Source of the DNA: Nymphaea colorata
Lineage: Eukaryota
Assembly (NCBI RefSeq): GCF_008831285.2
Contig: NC_045138.2
Coordinates: forward strand, 9,486,001-9,550,000
Reading direction: 5' to 3'
DNA length: 64,000 nucleotides
Positions within the stretch are counted from its first letter, which is position 1; each line of letters starts with the position of its first letter. The notes below the pieces were generated by a model that searched no databases, was not told the origin of the DNA, and worked only from the letters and a program-made list of their open reading frames with translations. Below are positions 24,961 through 38,905 of this stretch, piece after piece. Position numbers and translations under genes: made by a program.

Positions 24961-25689
24961 TGAAATTTTGCTATTTTTTTCACTTCAATGTTAGTATTTT
25001 AGATCTGAGGCAGCAGCAACGAAAACGACGACTGATATTGTCCTCATAAAGCCAGTTCCAGCAGTGGAGCATAAAAGATATTTGCTATCAACATCCAAAA
25101 ACAAAAGAGTCATGGGACTGAAAGCCTTTTGCCATCAGAATCTTACCAGGAACAGAAGTTCATGAGTGATAGATTTTGTCAACCTGAAAGAACTGGTAGA
25201 TGACCCTACCATCCAAGGCATGACAAAATAAAAACGTGGTCGTCTAAAATGGGAATTTACACATTCTCTAATAGATGGAGAAAAATAAAATTTACAATAT
25301 AAGATAATATAGAAACACAGAAGCCAAATTTGTTCAAATTCACAGCACAAGGGGCAAATTTGGAGAATAAAGGAACAATTCTCTGCCCTCCAAAGCACAA
25401 CTGTTTTCCTCCAAAATATCTAGTATGTTTTTCATCGGTAAGGAAACATGAGGTACACCCACAACATATAATCCACAAAAAAGATTTTTATCTTTTATAC
25501 AATTGCAGGCTGCAATAACTCTTTAAATGGCACTGATCAACAATGGAAGATAAGACTTTGTTTATATTGTGATGTAACCGCATTCAAAATCAGGGATTCT
25601 GTATGATAAATTGCATATAACAATTAAACATTTGGAATGGTTGGATTTAAAATAACATGAAATGAACAGTAAAACCAAATAAACTCTGT

Positions 25690-26190
25690 TGCTACAAGTG
25701 ACAAACTACCATCTGAAGGTTGTTGTCCTTGATCTAGGACCAAACATGGATGAAACACTTGAGGTGCGACATCTGAAACTGACCCCAATGAAGTCTCAGA
25801 GGTTGGAGGGCAGGTTTATTGGGCCTATCAAATCGGGCACATATAATTCTGAAACATAATTGGACAAGAAATCTGTAATTCATATTGCAGACTGTCAACT
25901 GGTTTAAACAAAAAAACTGTGATATGATAATGAGCAATCCATAGACACAAAGAATTTAACAAATAACAACTAGGTACTTACAGAGCAACCAATGGAAAGG
26001 AAGCCCAACTAGTTGGAATGGTGCCATTGATATATAGCTGAGAAGGACAAGAAGAACAAGGTGAGATAACTAAAACTAAAAGTCAAGTGAATCATTTTTT
26101 CCATGTCAACATGATACAATGTTCTCAAGGAGAGGAAGTTTGCAGCATCATCGTACCATCATGTCATGTTATCTCATCTTCAGCAGTACC
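25690..26190 (-). pseudogene. LRR receptor-like kinase (LRR-VIII-2-like) exon remnants: 26190-26118, 26037-25982 and more decayed pieces
   Basis: GT-AG bounded 73-nt exon (VLLK..DDAANFLSLRTL, frameshifted) and 56-nt exon LYINGTIPTSWASFPLVAL; downstream IGPI..SNL*DF and RIKDNNL pieces. Roughly 72-nt one-LRR exons are typical of this family. Confidence 0.6.
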
Positions 26191-26490
26191 CTACAAAAAA
26201 AACCAACAATAGTTGATCAATAAACAACTTCTATAACATATAAGCACAAATAAACATGATAAACTCATAATTTTGTGACATCTCTTTTTACTGTTGTCCT
26301 TGAAATGGGTATCCAATTTGGAAAAGCAAGCTTCAATAAAAATCTAAACCAATGCTCAACCATATCTACAAGAGTGATCATGCAAATCTAGCCCTATCTA
26401 CAAGAGTGATCATCTACTTTATATATATATATATATATATGCTAGTTATATAGTTCAATAGTGCACATCAAGCCAAACAGAAATCATTAC

Positions 26491-26634
26491 CTGTCTTCGT
26501 CTAATAGTCTACCTCGCAAACACTCTGTTTGCTTGAATCCTCCTCAGCCTTCTTTCCTCTCTCTTGGCTTTGGCTTCCCTCTGGTAAAGGCAGCCTGCTT
26601 TGCAGTCTTGCAGACTTTTTAAGGCTTGATAGTC
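26491..26634 (-). pseudogene. bZIP62-like (group J) basic-region exon with a premature stop
   Basis: AG/GT-bounded 144-nt exon ending KREERRLRRIQANRVFAR*TIRRRQ, versus family pattern EERRIRRILANRESARQTIRRRQ; CAG>TAG at 26511-26509. Confidence 0.8.
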
Positions 26635-27681
26635 CTACAATATACAAGTACGGAAACAAGAATGTTCATATATCTTTACATAGATCCTTCCTTCTTGCGG
26701 AAAAAAAGCTTCAAATGCTTGTTGATCCTTCCAGTACACAGCAAAGGGGCTAAGTGTGGTGACATGCAGAAGCTAAATAGCTAAGATGACTACCATCAGC
26801 TCCTCAAACCTATCAACTAAATTATACAAATAAAGACCTGTCCAAAACCCAAAACTTGGGATCTCAAATTCTCAATATCATCGTGTAACAGTAACAACTC
26901 CACCACAATAAAATAAAAAAACTTGCGATTTTTATATAGCAGCCTTTTGAAATAAAATCAAAGAGTACTGGAAGGATGAACAAGCATTTGAAGCCTTCTT
27001 TTGGGGATGATGAGTGTAGTACAATCCAGTTTTGCTTGCTGTTGCTTGGTTGTGCAAAGTTTGTGAGCCTCTGAGTATATGTAGACCAGTGGCTGATGTG
27101 GACGTACTGTGTTGGCTTATATGTATCAGTGGGTGCTTCCTTGTGCATGAGATTGCACCTATACATTGGTTTAACTTGTGCCAGCTCTCCTTTTTTGTTT
27201 CACAGCTTGCCAATTTGGTGGAACATCGGGCACCACATGGGCCTTTGTGAACTGTAGTTTAAGTTGACGATGATATACTACTAATGTGTTATATATTTAC
27301 AGCAAGAAACCAACAGGATGTCAGAAGTCTCGGTCAATTAGTTCTGTCGAAAATGATGTAGATGACTAGCTGAGCTATCTAAACATATTGCTGGAAAAAG
27401 AAAAGGGGCGAAGTTTTCTTGTTAGAGTTGGTAAATAATTCAGGCAGCCTGGCAGCTTAGGCCAGTTTGGCTACTAAAAAGCTGTGGCCGTTTTTGAGCG
27501 ACACTGTAAGGTATGTATTGTGTGAGGGTATGTGCGATTGCTTCTTAGTGACTTTCTATCTTAATTTCTAGTTCATGATCACATGTGTTTACATGTAAAT
27601 TTTTTTATTTTACATAGATTATATAAATGAAATATTTTACTTCTATTTGCCTAAGTTTTCCATATGCAAGAATTTGAGAGA

Positions 27682-29481
27682 TGAGACCTCACTTGTCGGT
27701 ACGAGGTCTAATCGTTCCTATCACCTTTATCAACATAGTCAGACCAAGGACTAGGCTACATATTCCAACTTCTAAGTCTAAAAGTCGTCCAAAACCTAAG
27801 AAGACAAACATGCCCTTATTTTGAAATGGTGTAAGTTTTAAGATCTACTCGGATCTCAAAGTGAATATATGAGCCTAAAGAAATTGATATGATGTTTGTT
27901 CATGTCCAATTCATCAATGATCATGCAGATCAATAAACTAAATTAAAATGATGCATGCAAAGTAGATCATATAGACTTGGAATCCAGTTTTTACTTGTAC
28001 TCACGTGAGGAACGTGGACCTATGTCTTGGAAAAATTACATCCAAATCTGAATATTTAATATGAGCTAAAAGTTTTTAGCTTAATTCTTTATATTTCCAT
28101 GAAATTCTTGTTCTAAATCTGAAATGCAAGCTATTATAGAGTTCCAAAAAGTTATAATATAGTAATTGATGTTTATAGTTCGTGATCAAAGCTTCCAAAT
28201 CTGAAAGCCAATAAATTTGTTCTTTCATCCACAGTCTTCTAAGATCCAAAGTCAGATAGGATAAATCTAGATTTAATGATTAACAAGGTTTAAAATCGTT
28301 GATTTGAATGCAATTCTACTCGGGTCGGCCTACAGTTTGTGATCTAACTTCCAAGATTTGAATCCAAAATCAAAAGCAATTTATGGTTTAAAATCTAAAT
28401 CCAATGCTTTTGAATCATATCGGAGATATGGATGAGCTAAATGCTAGGCCAGTCAAAGTGTTCAAGCTTGATGATCTGAACCTGGATAGACAGAGTTTGG
28501 TTTAGGGTGCTTGGTCTTCATCATTAGTGATTAAAACTTCCTAATTGGGACTTATTAGGAAATCTCCCCTTTATGGGACTAAACTTTTAGTCCCCCCCTC
28601 TCCACAACACAAAACTTTATATTAAGACACGTTTTCAATTGAAAAAATATTCAATGTGCTTAAAATTGAGATCAAATTCCATTATGTGAAAAGCATTGCG
28701 TGCATGGGGAAGTGTTGATTGATTCATGGTAAAGGATTCTTATTGACATTAAGTGTGGAGAATGGAGTGAAGAAACACACATTTAAAGTTTATATTAAAA
28801 CGAACATATGATAGAAAAATGGTCATTCCAATCACATACATATCTCGATTCAAAATTTTGTATGTGCTAGTTTGCTCAGCAAAGAATGTTGCATGATTCT
28901 TGTCCTTTTGTGCTAATTGACATTAAGCACCGAGTATGACAATGTATTACATGAATATAATGTGCATTAAACTCACATGTGGACCCTAGATCTAGATTTA
29001 TTACTAGGATCTGTATTTGGGTCAGATCTGAAGAAGATTCTAGAATATGAATCTAGATATGATTTGAAGATCTGGATCATGAGATCTAAAATTTAGAATA
29101 ATGGATCTAGATCTATAAAAGTAGATCGCAAATCTGAAATTTGAATATGACATCCAGATTTGGAAGTTGGATTTGAAATCTGGAAATGAGATCTAGAAAT
29201 GGTGTGAACATGGACCTAGCTTGATCTGGGATAGGTGGGTTCATGATTAGTTACTTGTATTGGCCTTAGATTGGCTTTAGATTGAAAATGGGTTCGGACC
29301 TAGGCTAGGTATAGGGTTTAGTGGACTTAGTCTTGGTTCTATTTTTGGAAACCCAGTTTAGTGGAAATTTAAAGTCGGCTCAACATGGGCTCAAGCCTAC
29401 TGGGTTCTTGTCTTTAGAATTTTACTATCGTAAAAGATCTACTCTATCGCTAAAAAGTGTGGCCAAGCAAGTGTCGTCTCA
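27682..29481. mobile_element. Putative solo-LTR-like element (1.8 kb)
   Basis: Termini TGAGACCTCACTTG...CAAGTGTCGTCTCA (12/14 inverted match, TG..CA); interior rich in GATCTAGATCT-like motifs; no TSD visible. Confidence 0.4.
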
Positions 29482-29570
29482 AATGCACATTTAGCAGTAG
29501 TTTTTAACGACATAAAATTTTTCAAAAAAAAAATAAAAAAACCATCCTAGTACAGAAATAACCTGTTTTT

Positions 29571-29686
<116 letters not shown>

Positions 29687-32227
29687 CGAATGTATATATG
29701 CATAACATATTATACAGATATATATGTACTATATTCTTCGTACAAACATATAGGTATTCCATTTGTACATATATGTGAATACTTTCTGTGTAAAATGGGA
29801 ATTTTGGTGGGCATCCGGCTTCACTCTATATATATATATATAGTGGCACCAGCCACGCATTTTAACATGTGCTTCCAGTTTTAACATGCTCATGATGAAT
29901 CGACTTTACACATAAAGCTAGGCATACATGGAATCTTTTCCCGAACTAGACTTTACTTGGGCTAAAACAAGAGTGGAACCAAGTGCTCATCCTGCTTGCA
30001 GGAAACAAACACACCAACTTTCCAAATTAATTTGGAGCTAAGATTTAAAGCCTAAATAGGATTCACAGCTAAACAAGAGTTCACTTCTCTCACTATCAGG
30101 TTGTTCATCTTAAAACGAGTAGGATTCCAAATTTTAAGTGGTTTTTCTCATCAGTGAAATTGCGGTGAGATTTCAGTTTTAGCTGAGCCTTTGCAAATTC
30201 TATCTTGTTGTCTTCACTTACTATCTGTCTGATATGTTTTATAGACTGATGATTTGGAGTTCGTCTAATAGCTTCTTTGGTTATATTGTAATAGTAATGA
30301 CCAAACTGCGATAAATGAAACAAGAACAAAAGCAAGAAATTGGCAGCAAAATCAAAAGAGAAGAAAATTGTGCATATTGTTGTAATCTTTTTGTTTAAGA
30401 GGGGCACACTGTGAGCCCCAAAGATAAAAGATAAAAATGGTAGGCGCATTTTATATTTTTCCATGGGTATAAAAACACATGCACACATCAAATTTTTATT
30501 GTAATCTAAATACCGTGGGCCTTCATTAGTATTACATTTAGCTTCTCTGAAAAATTTTGCATTAATTAATAGAATAAGTTAAAGTAGTCATAGAACTAAC
30601 AACTTCATCCTCAAAAGTGACTTAACTCCTTTTACGTTATACCTGAAGTCACAACATCTATTAATATGATGCTCCCAAATTATTCCAAAAGAATAAAAAA
30701 CTATGGTGACATCTGTTTCTTTTTCTTCCACAAGTAGGATGAACCCAAATCATGTGACGAATTGTATTAAGAAATCTCTAGAAATGTTAGCAGCCAGGAA
30801 AAAAGAGAGGAGGAAGGAGGGGCTAGAATATCACGTCTTACTTATTAAAAAACATTGCCCTAATTGGCCAAGTAACATAATAACCTTATGAAGAATGGAT
30901 ATTTACATAAGTGTACACATGTAAGACTAAGACTAGATTGGATTCATATCCAGATACAAAACAATAAAAACGACAATATACAAAGAATGTGAACATGTGT
31001 TGACATTGTGATACACCTTCTAGAAAAGCACCCCATCCTAAGATCAAAATGGCCCTACTACCATGTGAGAGCTCTAAATATGTTGACAGCAAGGAAATGA
31101 GAGAAAAGGAAAGAGATGCCAGAATATATTCAAATGAGAGCAATGGTGCTCTGTTTCATTGCTTATATAGAAAGAACATTGTAGTAATTGACCAATTACA
31201 GTAATGCCCTTATGAAGAAAGAGTACTTACATAATGTGTATACATGTAATACGTGGATGGGATTGGATTCAAACCAAAATCTCAAAAATAAAAGACAAAC
31301 AATATACACAAACTAATATACATGTCTCCTAACAAAGTGAACCTAACTCGGCCATGCGCAAGCTGTTAATATGCCTATTTGTTGTTTTGCCATCGCCTGA
31401 CTAGATATCCATACAATAAAAGTAGATATTGAGAAATAAGAAATAGAACACTGTAGTCACTGTCAGTATTATCTATTGAAGAACTAAATTGGCACAGAAA
31501 GCAATCCTTTTAGGAGTAGTAAATAAGTAATATCACATTATCAACTACAACTATTTGTTCGGCCATCACTTGACTGGACACCAAATGCAACACGGGTAGA
31601 CATTAAGAAACAAGAAATATAACATTGTAGTTACTACAATTGTTCTCTATGGAGATAGATACTGACAGAAAAAGCACTTATTATTTAATACTAAATCAGT
31701 TAGATCACATGTCAAAAAATAATAGAACAGGAAAAAGAAAAACGGAACCTTAGGTTGCAGACCATGTTATTATGTTTAGAACTAAGCAGAGGATATAAAA
31801 GAAGACAAGGTAAAGGGGCACGAATTGGAACAATCACCTTTTGAGCCTAACAATTGTGCTGATAGCATGATGGTCTAGGAGTTCAGCAAGTGCATAGAGC
31901 TTAATAGCAAACAGCTACTAGTGCAATCAGGTAAGCATTGAGAATGATGGAAGATAAATCAAAAGAGTCAAGACTCATTAACCCTAATACCCAAGAGTAA
32001 CAAGGAGACTGTAAACAATGAAAAGGCTCTTACGTAATAGAAAAATATATAACCCCAACTAAAGAAGAAGCATGGTGACATTTGCATTAAACCAAATGGT
32101 AAATATCTAAGACCATCATTCTTAAAGTGTGTGTAGATGATGCATATATGGGAATAACTTGCACATACTTCAGAAAAATTGGCAGCACAAATTCACAAAG
32201 TTACATCTCCAAAAGATAAGGGATTAC

Positions 32228-32342
32228 TTGGGCAGTGTATGTTATAAACCAAGATAGACATAATATGTGTTATAAACCAAGATAGACATAATATGTTGTC
32301 CCGAAGTCCCATCATTTGGAGACCTTCTCTGACCTTTCGATC
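32228..32342 (-). pseudogene. ABC transporter A family member 1 (ABCA1-like) single exon remnant
   Basis: AG/GT-bounded exon reads [29 protein letters not shown] once a 28-bp tandem duplication (32241-32296) is removed; ABCA pattern [26 protein letters not shown]. Confidence 0.8.
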
Positions 32343-32779
32343 CTGGAAGATCTTTGAGGTATTTATGTCATCATTATGTGACATGTACTATGCAGCTTAC
32401 GGAAAATACAGAGTTACTAGAAAAAAGAAGTATTACCTAATACCTGTCCTTTGCAAAACTAGAAACATGTGTGAGTGAATAAGAATTGATCTTCAAACTT
32501 ATGCATGATCTCATTAGTATGGTATACCACTATTGTTACCAGATATATAATGTATAACATTAACTGTATTATGGGCTTATCATAATAACGTATATAGCCT
32601 GCACTATGTAATATATCATGTATAATTAGTGTAATCTGTTATAGTCTATGGTGCCTATCTCTATTGGGTTGATGCCAATAGAGATAAGCACTATTATATG
32701 GCTGTATAGTATCCATATACACATATGTATATATGCACTATATACTATTACATACAATACAATTAGGGTACCTATAAAG

Positions 32780-32814
<35 letters not shown>

Positions 32815-33319
32815 CATATGGTCATTAATGTATAGTATGGGTTGTTACATATTGTAACCCAAATGATAAGTACAAACAATGACCATGTTAATCTTTATGG
32901 TATCATAGTACAACTTTCCCATAAGCTCTTTATGGTATCATAGTACAACTTTCCCATAAGCTCATGATATACAGGTAACAATGGCTGATGATATTGCATA
33001 AAAGCCCATTGTAGTAACCTATATTGTTTGTGCTAAGGGCACTACTGGTAATATGAACACTCATGTCATACAAAGGGTTATAGGTAACCCCTTATAATGG
33101 GTAAGGTCATATGGTAAGGTATAGTTAAATAGGGTAACTATTATTGTACGATATATTGTTATATTAGACGTACATATAATACTGTTATTATATACGTACG
33201 TATAATAGTTATTATGCACTACATGTATAGTGCATATGGCCATTTATAATGGTCCAGTAGTGCCCCTATACATTAATAACAATGCTACTATAATATATGT
33301 TACATATATTTTAATTATG

Positions 33320-34145
33320 AAACCTTAGGGTTGAAGCGCACGTGTCCCTATGTGCCTCATTTGGTAGACGCGTACGATCTGTGATACGTTCAATGCTTGA
33401 GGCATACGCCTCATGGACAGTTTAGTTTTTTTAATTAAAAAAATTAAAATTAAATAAAAATAGTCCTAATTAACCACGTTTGTATCCCTAAATCCCCTAT
33501 TTTCAATCCAAATCACCTGTGAAATTCAACCACCGTTGCTGCACACTATGAAATTGCTAGAGGTTGGAGGCTGGAGCTGCAGCTGGTGGAAGTTTTGGAA
33601 GTTTGGAGCCATCGCCCAACGTCAGAAATCCAACTGTAAGTTTCTTTGAATCTCTTTCTCTCCATGGCTGGCGTTGACCATGGCCACCCTCTCGCTCCCT
33701 CAGCTCTCTGGCGGCCAGAGTTGTCGTCTGTCGGCATATGTTGCTGAGTGCAAACGGTGAAGAAATTTTACAACGAAAAGAAAATGGGTTTTGCGCCAAA
33801 CAGCCCCTGCCTTATGGCTTTGTTGCAAATGGTATCTGAATTTGTGTGGTTTTCAAATTAGTACCGATCTTCATATCTTGGGTGTATTTCCTTCTTCTTT
33901 AATCTAGCTCTATCTTTCTTGTATGCGTCGCCCCATTTCCTGTACACGTCGCCAAGCATTGGTGGTATTTAAGGGTTTGCATATGTTGTGTGTTGTTCTT
34001 TATTGATATGCTTAGTATTGTAGTTTTATAAATATTATATAATTCACAAATTTGTCCGTGAAGCTTACGCTTCAATTAACCCCTCGCCTCGTCTCATGAG
34101 AGGCTGAACTCCTTGCCTCGCTTTCTCGCCTTTTACAACACTTTT
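33320..34145. mobile_element. Degenerate hAT-like non-autonomous element
   Basis: AGGCATACGCCTCA and CGCCTCG...CTCGCCTTTTACAACAC subterminal-type motifs; boundaries approximate. Confidence 0.4.
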
Positions 34146-34277
34146 CAAAATAACAGTGCTAGGTCTGGTATATATATATATATATATAATATATTTATAT
34201 AACCCCTATACAGTAACATAATATGGTTATATTTAGGTCCTACCATACAATATGCTCATGAATGTATGTGTCGTAAA

Positions 34278-34722
34278 CTAAGTCACATGGATACTTCAGC
34301 AAGGTCCACGTACTCGTGTCGCCGTACCCGTACCCAAAATGGGTACTTTGACACTTGGGTACCTATAGATCCAAACTGCTTAATTTTACTTTGATTTAAT
34401 TTTTTCCGCCTTATTTTTTATTCTATTCTTTGGATGTGAAAATTCGATTGATGTTCATATTTGACTAAGGGGCTCTTTGGTTGTCCATATGTTTAAGTTT
34501 TTCATAGGTTTCTTAAACACACTACTGCAAGAGCCGTTGATATATATTTTCTATGTTATTTATTTGATTACGTTGATATATATTCTTTATTTTGATACAT
34601 ATTCTATAAGTATTTCTTATTGTTTGTATATATATACGGCCATACCCTCGCACCCAAGTTTTTTGAAAATGGTCAGTACCCGTACCCACACCGGCACCCG
34701 TACTCGTACCTATGTGACATAG
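34278..34722. mobile_element. hAT-type MITE
   Basis: TIRs CTAAGTCACAT...ATGTGACATAG (1 mismatch); 8-bp TSD GTCGTAAA (34270-34277)/GCCGTAAA (34723-34730); GTACCC subterminal repeats. Truncated relative at ~38134-38440. Confidence 0.8.
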
Positions 34723-35173
34723 GCCGTAAATAACTAACTGGTTACATATATATACTTAGTAGTGTAACCGATGGACTAGAAAACGTACTATATATGTACT
34801 CTATCATATTATTAACAAGGATACTGACAATAAGCAGTATCTTATAATATATATAGTTCATATGATCTTTACACTGATAGGTTCTAGACACAGTACAAGC
34901 TTACACTACCCTCTAATCATAATCTGTCAACCTCATTGGAGATAGATCACAAACTATACCTTTCACCCTTTGCAATGTTTATTTTTCCAGACTAAATATT
35001 ATATTATATACATATAATATATTACATGTATAGTAATATGCATTATAACATGTATAGTATTATGTACATGTATACAACACATAGTAAGAGAATATTTAAA
35101 AAATACATTATATAACATATGTATTATATAATGTGTACATATAAATGTACATAGATATTTCTACAATAATATA

Positions 35174-35182
35174 TATACATAC

Positions 35183-35262
<80 letters not shown>
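35174..35262. repeat. (TACA)n(TA)n microsatellite; further (TA)n runs at ~26419, 32783, 37997, 38842, 46426
   Basis: Directly visible. Confidence 0.95.
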
Positions 35263-35266
<4 letters not shown>

Positions 35267-36772
35267 CGCATATATCATGTATATATATAACATAATGTAT
35301 ATAATATAACATGTGCATACATATATGTATATATGTACATTTACATGTTACATATATTATACATGCATAATAAAGGTAACATATTTCAATATATACATAC
35401 TAATGTAATATACATGTGATACACGTATATAGTATTGATGTACTACATTATAATATATAAATAGTAGCGATGACTATAGTACGATAAGGACTTGACCATA
35501 CAAAGGGTATATGCCTAAGACCTACGCCTGTAAATATATACCATTATAATATTTACTAAACACCTATGATATGGTATGAACAAGCATAAGATTATATGTA
35601 TGTAATATGTTATTACTATTACCAAAACATATGTACACAGGGTAATATAATAATAGTACACAGCATGATAAGGTAATTACAACCTTAATATATACCCATG
35701 TTAGTGCATAATGAGCTACTTCTAGGCATCACATATTATAAGTTTATAACATGCATGTTATAATCCAGTAACATACGGTCCTCACTTAAGAACTACAATG
35801 TATGAGTTCACCTTTGTATTATAGTACTAATCTGGTATAAATGGTAACGTTAAGTTGTATATTATAGGATATATATGTGATAACTATAATGTACAACATG
35901 TACGTCATATGGGACCTAACGGGCTAATATTCACATTGCCCTTGTATACTTATAGTATATGTTTGTTATAACATATACTATAACTATTAAGGCATTGAGT
36001 ATGCCCATAACATATATTATAACATAGTACTATATTATAACATAATATACCTATGATGCTTTGTTATATATACAAATAACACTATGCAATACCCATATAC
36101 AGCTATTATAGTGTATATTTATACAGAGGTACTGGCCATAACAGGGGGGTCTATGTGCCCCTATATTATACATCATAGTACTGTGTGCAGTACTGTACAT
36201 TGTACTACATATAATCCTTCTTGGTTTAGGGTAATCACACCTATATATGTATTTGTCAGCTAATATATGGCTGTAAAGTATATGGTCAACTATATAATAA
36301 CATTATAGAGGTGATATACCCTTTGTTTGTCACATTAACTACACAACCACTTATAGCTAATAACGCCACTTACAGTACTGCACATAGCTTACATTATAGT
36401 GGGGGTTATATGCTTGTCCCAATATGTATTATCAACTAGTGTATATGGTTATAGGCAATAACAGCCATATATTATATATATAGCTGGACAATATAGGCTA
36501 TAAACAATAATATTATGTATACGTGCACAATATGATATAACATGTATGGGCTAATGGTTACCTCATACATTGGGCTATTACGAAATAAATTTCTTCTTAA
36601 TGATTCGTTATAATTTGATTTACATAACTAAACGAAAAAGGCTTTTGATTAAATAACAAAACCATTAGGCTTAAACCTTATCCAGAGTACATCGGTAGCC
36701 TAAACCTAAACCAAAGGTTGACACACAATGGGAAGATAATATGTATAAGCAAAAAGATAGCTAGATACTGAC

Positions 36773-37992
36773 AAATTAGTGATATAGTCTTCCTCCCACA
36801 AGGTTTTCACAATCTCATTCCAAAATGGAGCAAACTTGGCAGCATATGCCATGTCTCTCGGAATATAGTCCTACACCAAATATCATTAGCCATTAACTAT
36901 AAAATTGAAACTAGAATGAAAAGAAGAATGAATCACCTGAAAATATGCAGATTTAAAGAATCACATGCCATCGTCCATGGATGCTCCATTCAGATACATC
37001 ATTTATAATAAATGCAACCCCACAGAGATGAGTACATAAATGCAAGGATAAATAAAAATCCTACTGCATGGAATATGTGCATGTGATGAAACCAACACAT
37101 ATACAAACCACAGTAAACAACATGCATACTCAGATACATGAATCAAAATTGATGCAACTGTAAAGCCTGAGGTGGCCATTGTGTACAAACGGCTACTAAC
37201 AGACCACAAGCCTTCTAGTTGAAATGCTATACAGCCAAACACATTAGGTGGAATTCAGGCATTAGACTATGTGATTTTAGGTGCTACAGAAAACACAAAA
37301 GAGAGGTCATGATTCAAATGTTAAAAACTTAAAATCATCAAGAAACATTCTTTTCTGCCTGGACAGCATAACACATATCATAATTGTGGACCACATGCAT
37401 CAAACACAAACAATTCTACAACTGAAAGATATAAACCTAGAGAATAGTAGATGACAGATAAATCATAAAAAAAAGAAGAGGGTAAGGTAAAGTTCCTTGT
37501 CTTCATTTAGGTGAGACTCGATTTTTCTGAAATCAGATTCAGGTAATGACTCTGATCCAGTCAGGTGACAAATAATTCACCAAAAATTCATAGAGAGAAA
37601 CTCAAACGCATGTGCCCAACACTTACAATACATAAACACCTGAAAGGGCATGTTTAACACTTGTACAACCTTAATAAGGTAGATATCATATTAGTATTTC
37701 ATAGATGCAAGCATGGCCTATATTTAATTAGATTTCAAGGTGGGTCCACACATGAAATCTTGAAAGACATGGACAGTTTAAAATGAAAAAAAGAGAACCT
37801 GCACCCAGAAATCCAACTCTACTCTGAATTTATGTAAGTATAATATGTTATCATCTTTTCCATATTTCGCAAATCCAAGATCCATTCCAGAGCTCACCTG
37901 TATATTTCCCTACCAACTCATGTTACACGTGTGGATGGGGCCACCAGTCCAGAGCATTACAGGTCATTGCATATATGTATGTATATATATAT

Positions 37993-38041
<49 letters not shown>

Positions 38042-38838
38042 TATTATACTCCCATTTATATATAGGCTTATAGCTTACCTCACAGCTATGTGAGGAAGGA
38101 AATTTTATTTTCAAAAGAGAAATTAATTAGATGCTATGTCACACAGACTCTTCAAAAAAAAGGCCGGCCGCACCCATGTCAACATGACGCTGGTGCTAGT
38201 CCTGGTGCAGCTCCAACACGCACCCCAACCGTGTCCTTTCTTATGCAAGTTCAAAATATTTTCCATTTTTTTCATCTCCCTGTTTCTTTCTTTATGCATA
38301 GTAATAAAAGTAAAAAAAAATAAAGCTAAGAAACAATCTAAAATTATATATATTATGAATACACATTTATATATATGTAATAAATATATTATATATATAC
38401 AATTATACACCCTCGCCACACCCTTGCCGATTAACATGTATTCTCATTTAATTGTATTTAGCCACACAGATATATGGGGAAAAGAAATTTAAGTTTCCAA
38501 AACAGAATTAGTTAGATGTTTTGCTAATTAAGCATGATGGTCTCTCTCCCTCTCTCTCTGTGATGACCAAGAAAGAGTGAGTGAAATTCCCATTACAAGA
38601 TACTCAAGTTTATAGAAAAGTATTAGTAAGATGATATGAAGTCCTCTCTTCCAAATGATATTTACTACTAAGAGGCCTTTCCAAAAAAAGTGAGACCTGC
38701 ACAACATTTTCTAAGGAAATGAACACTAAAAGATATTTAAGTCTCCCAAAAAAAATGAGTTATAAGATGACCTAAATGCATCTCTAGAGCTCAACAATAC
38801 AATAAAGACACTTGCAATTAAAACAGAATACAAATTGC

Positions 38839-38905
<67 letters not shown>

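Noticed and set aside
30150..30240. KLKSHRNFTDEK as an upstream bZIP62-like exon
   Set aside because: Similarity to RQNLTE is too short to support by eye.
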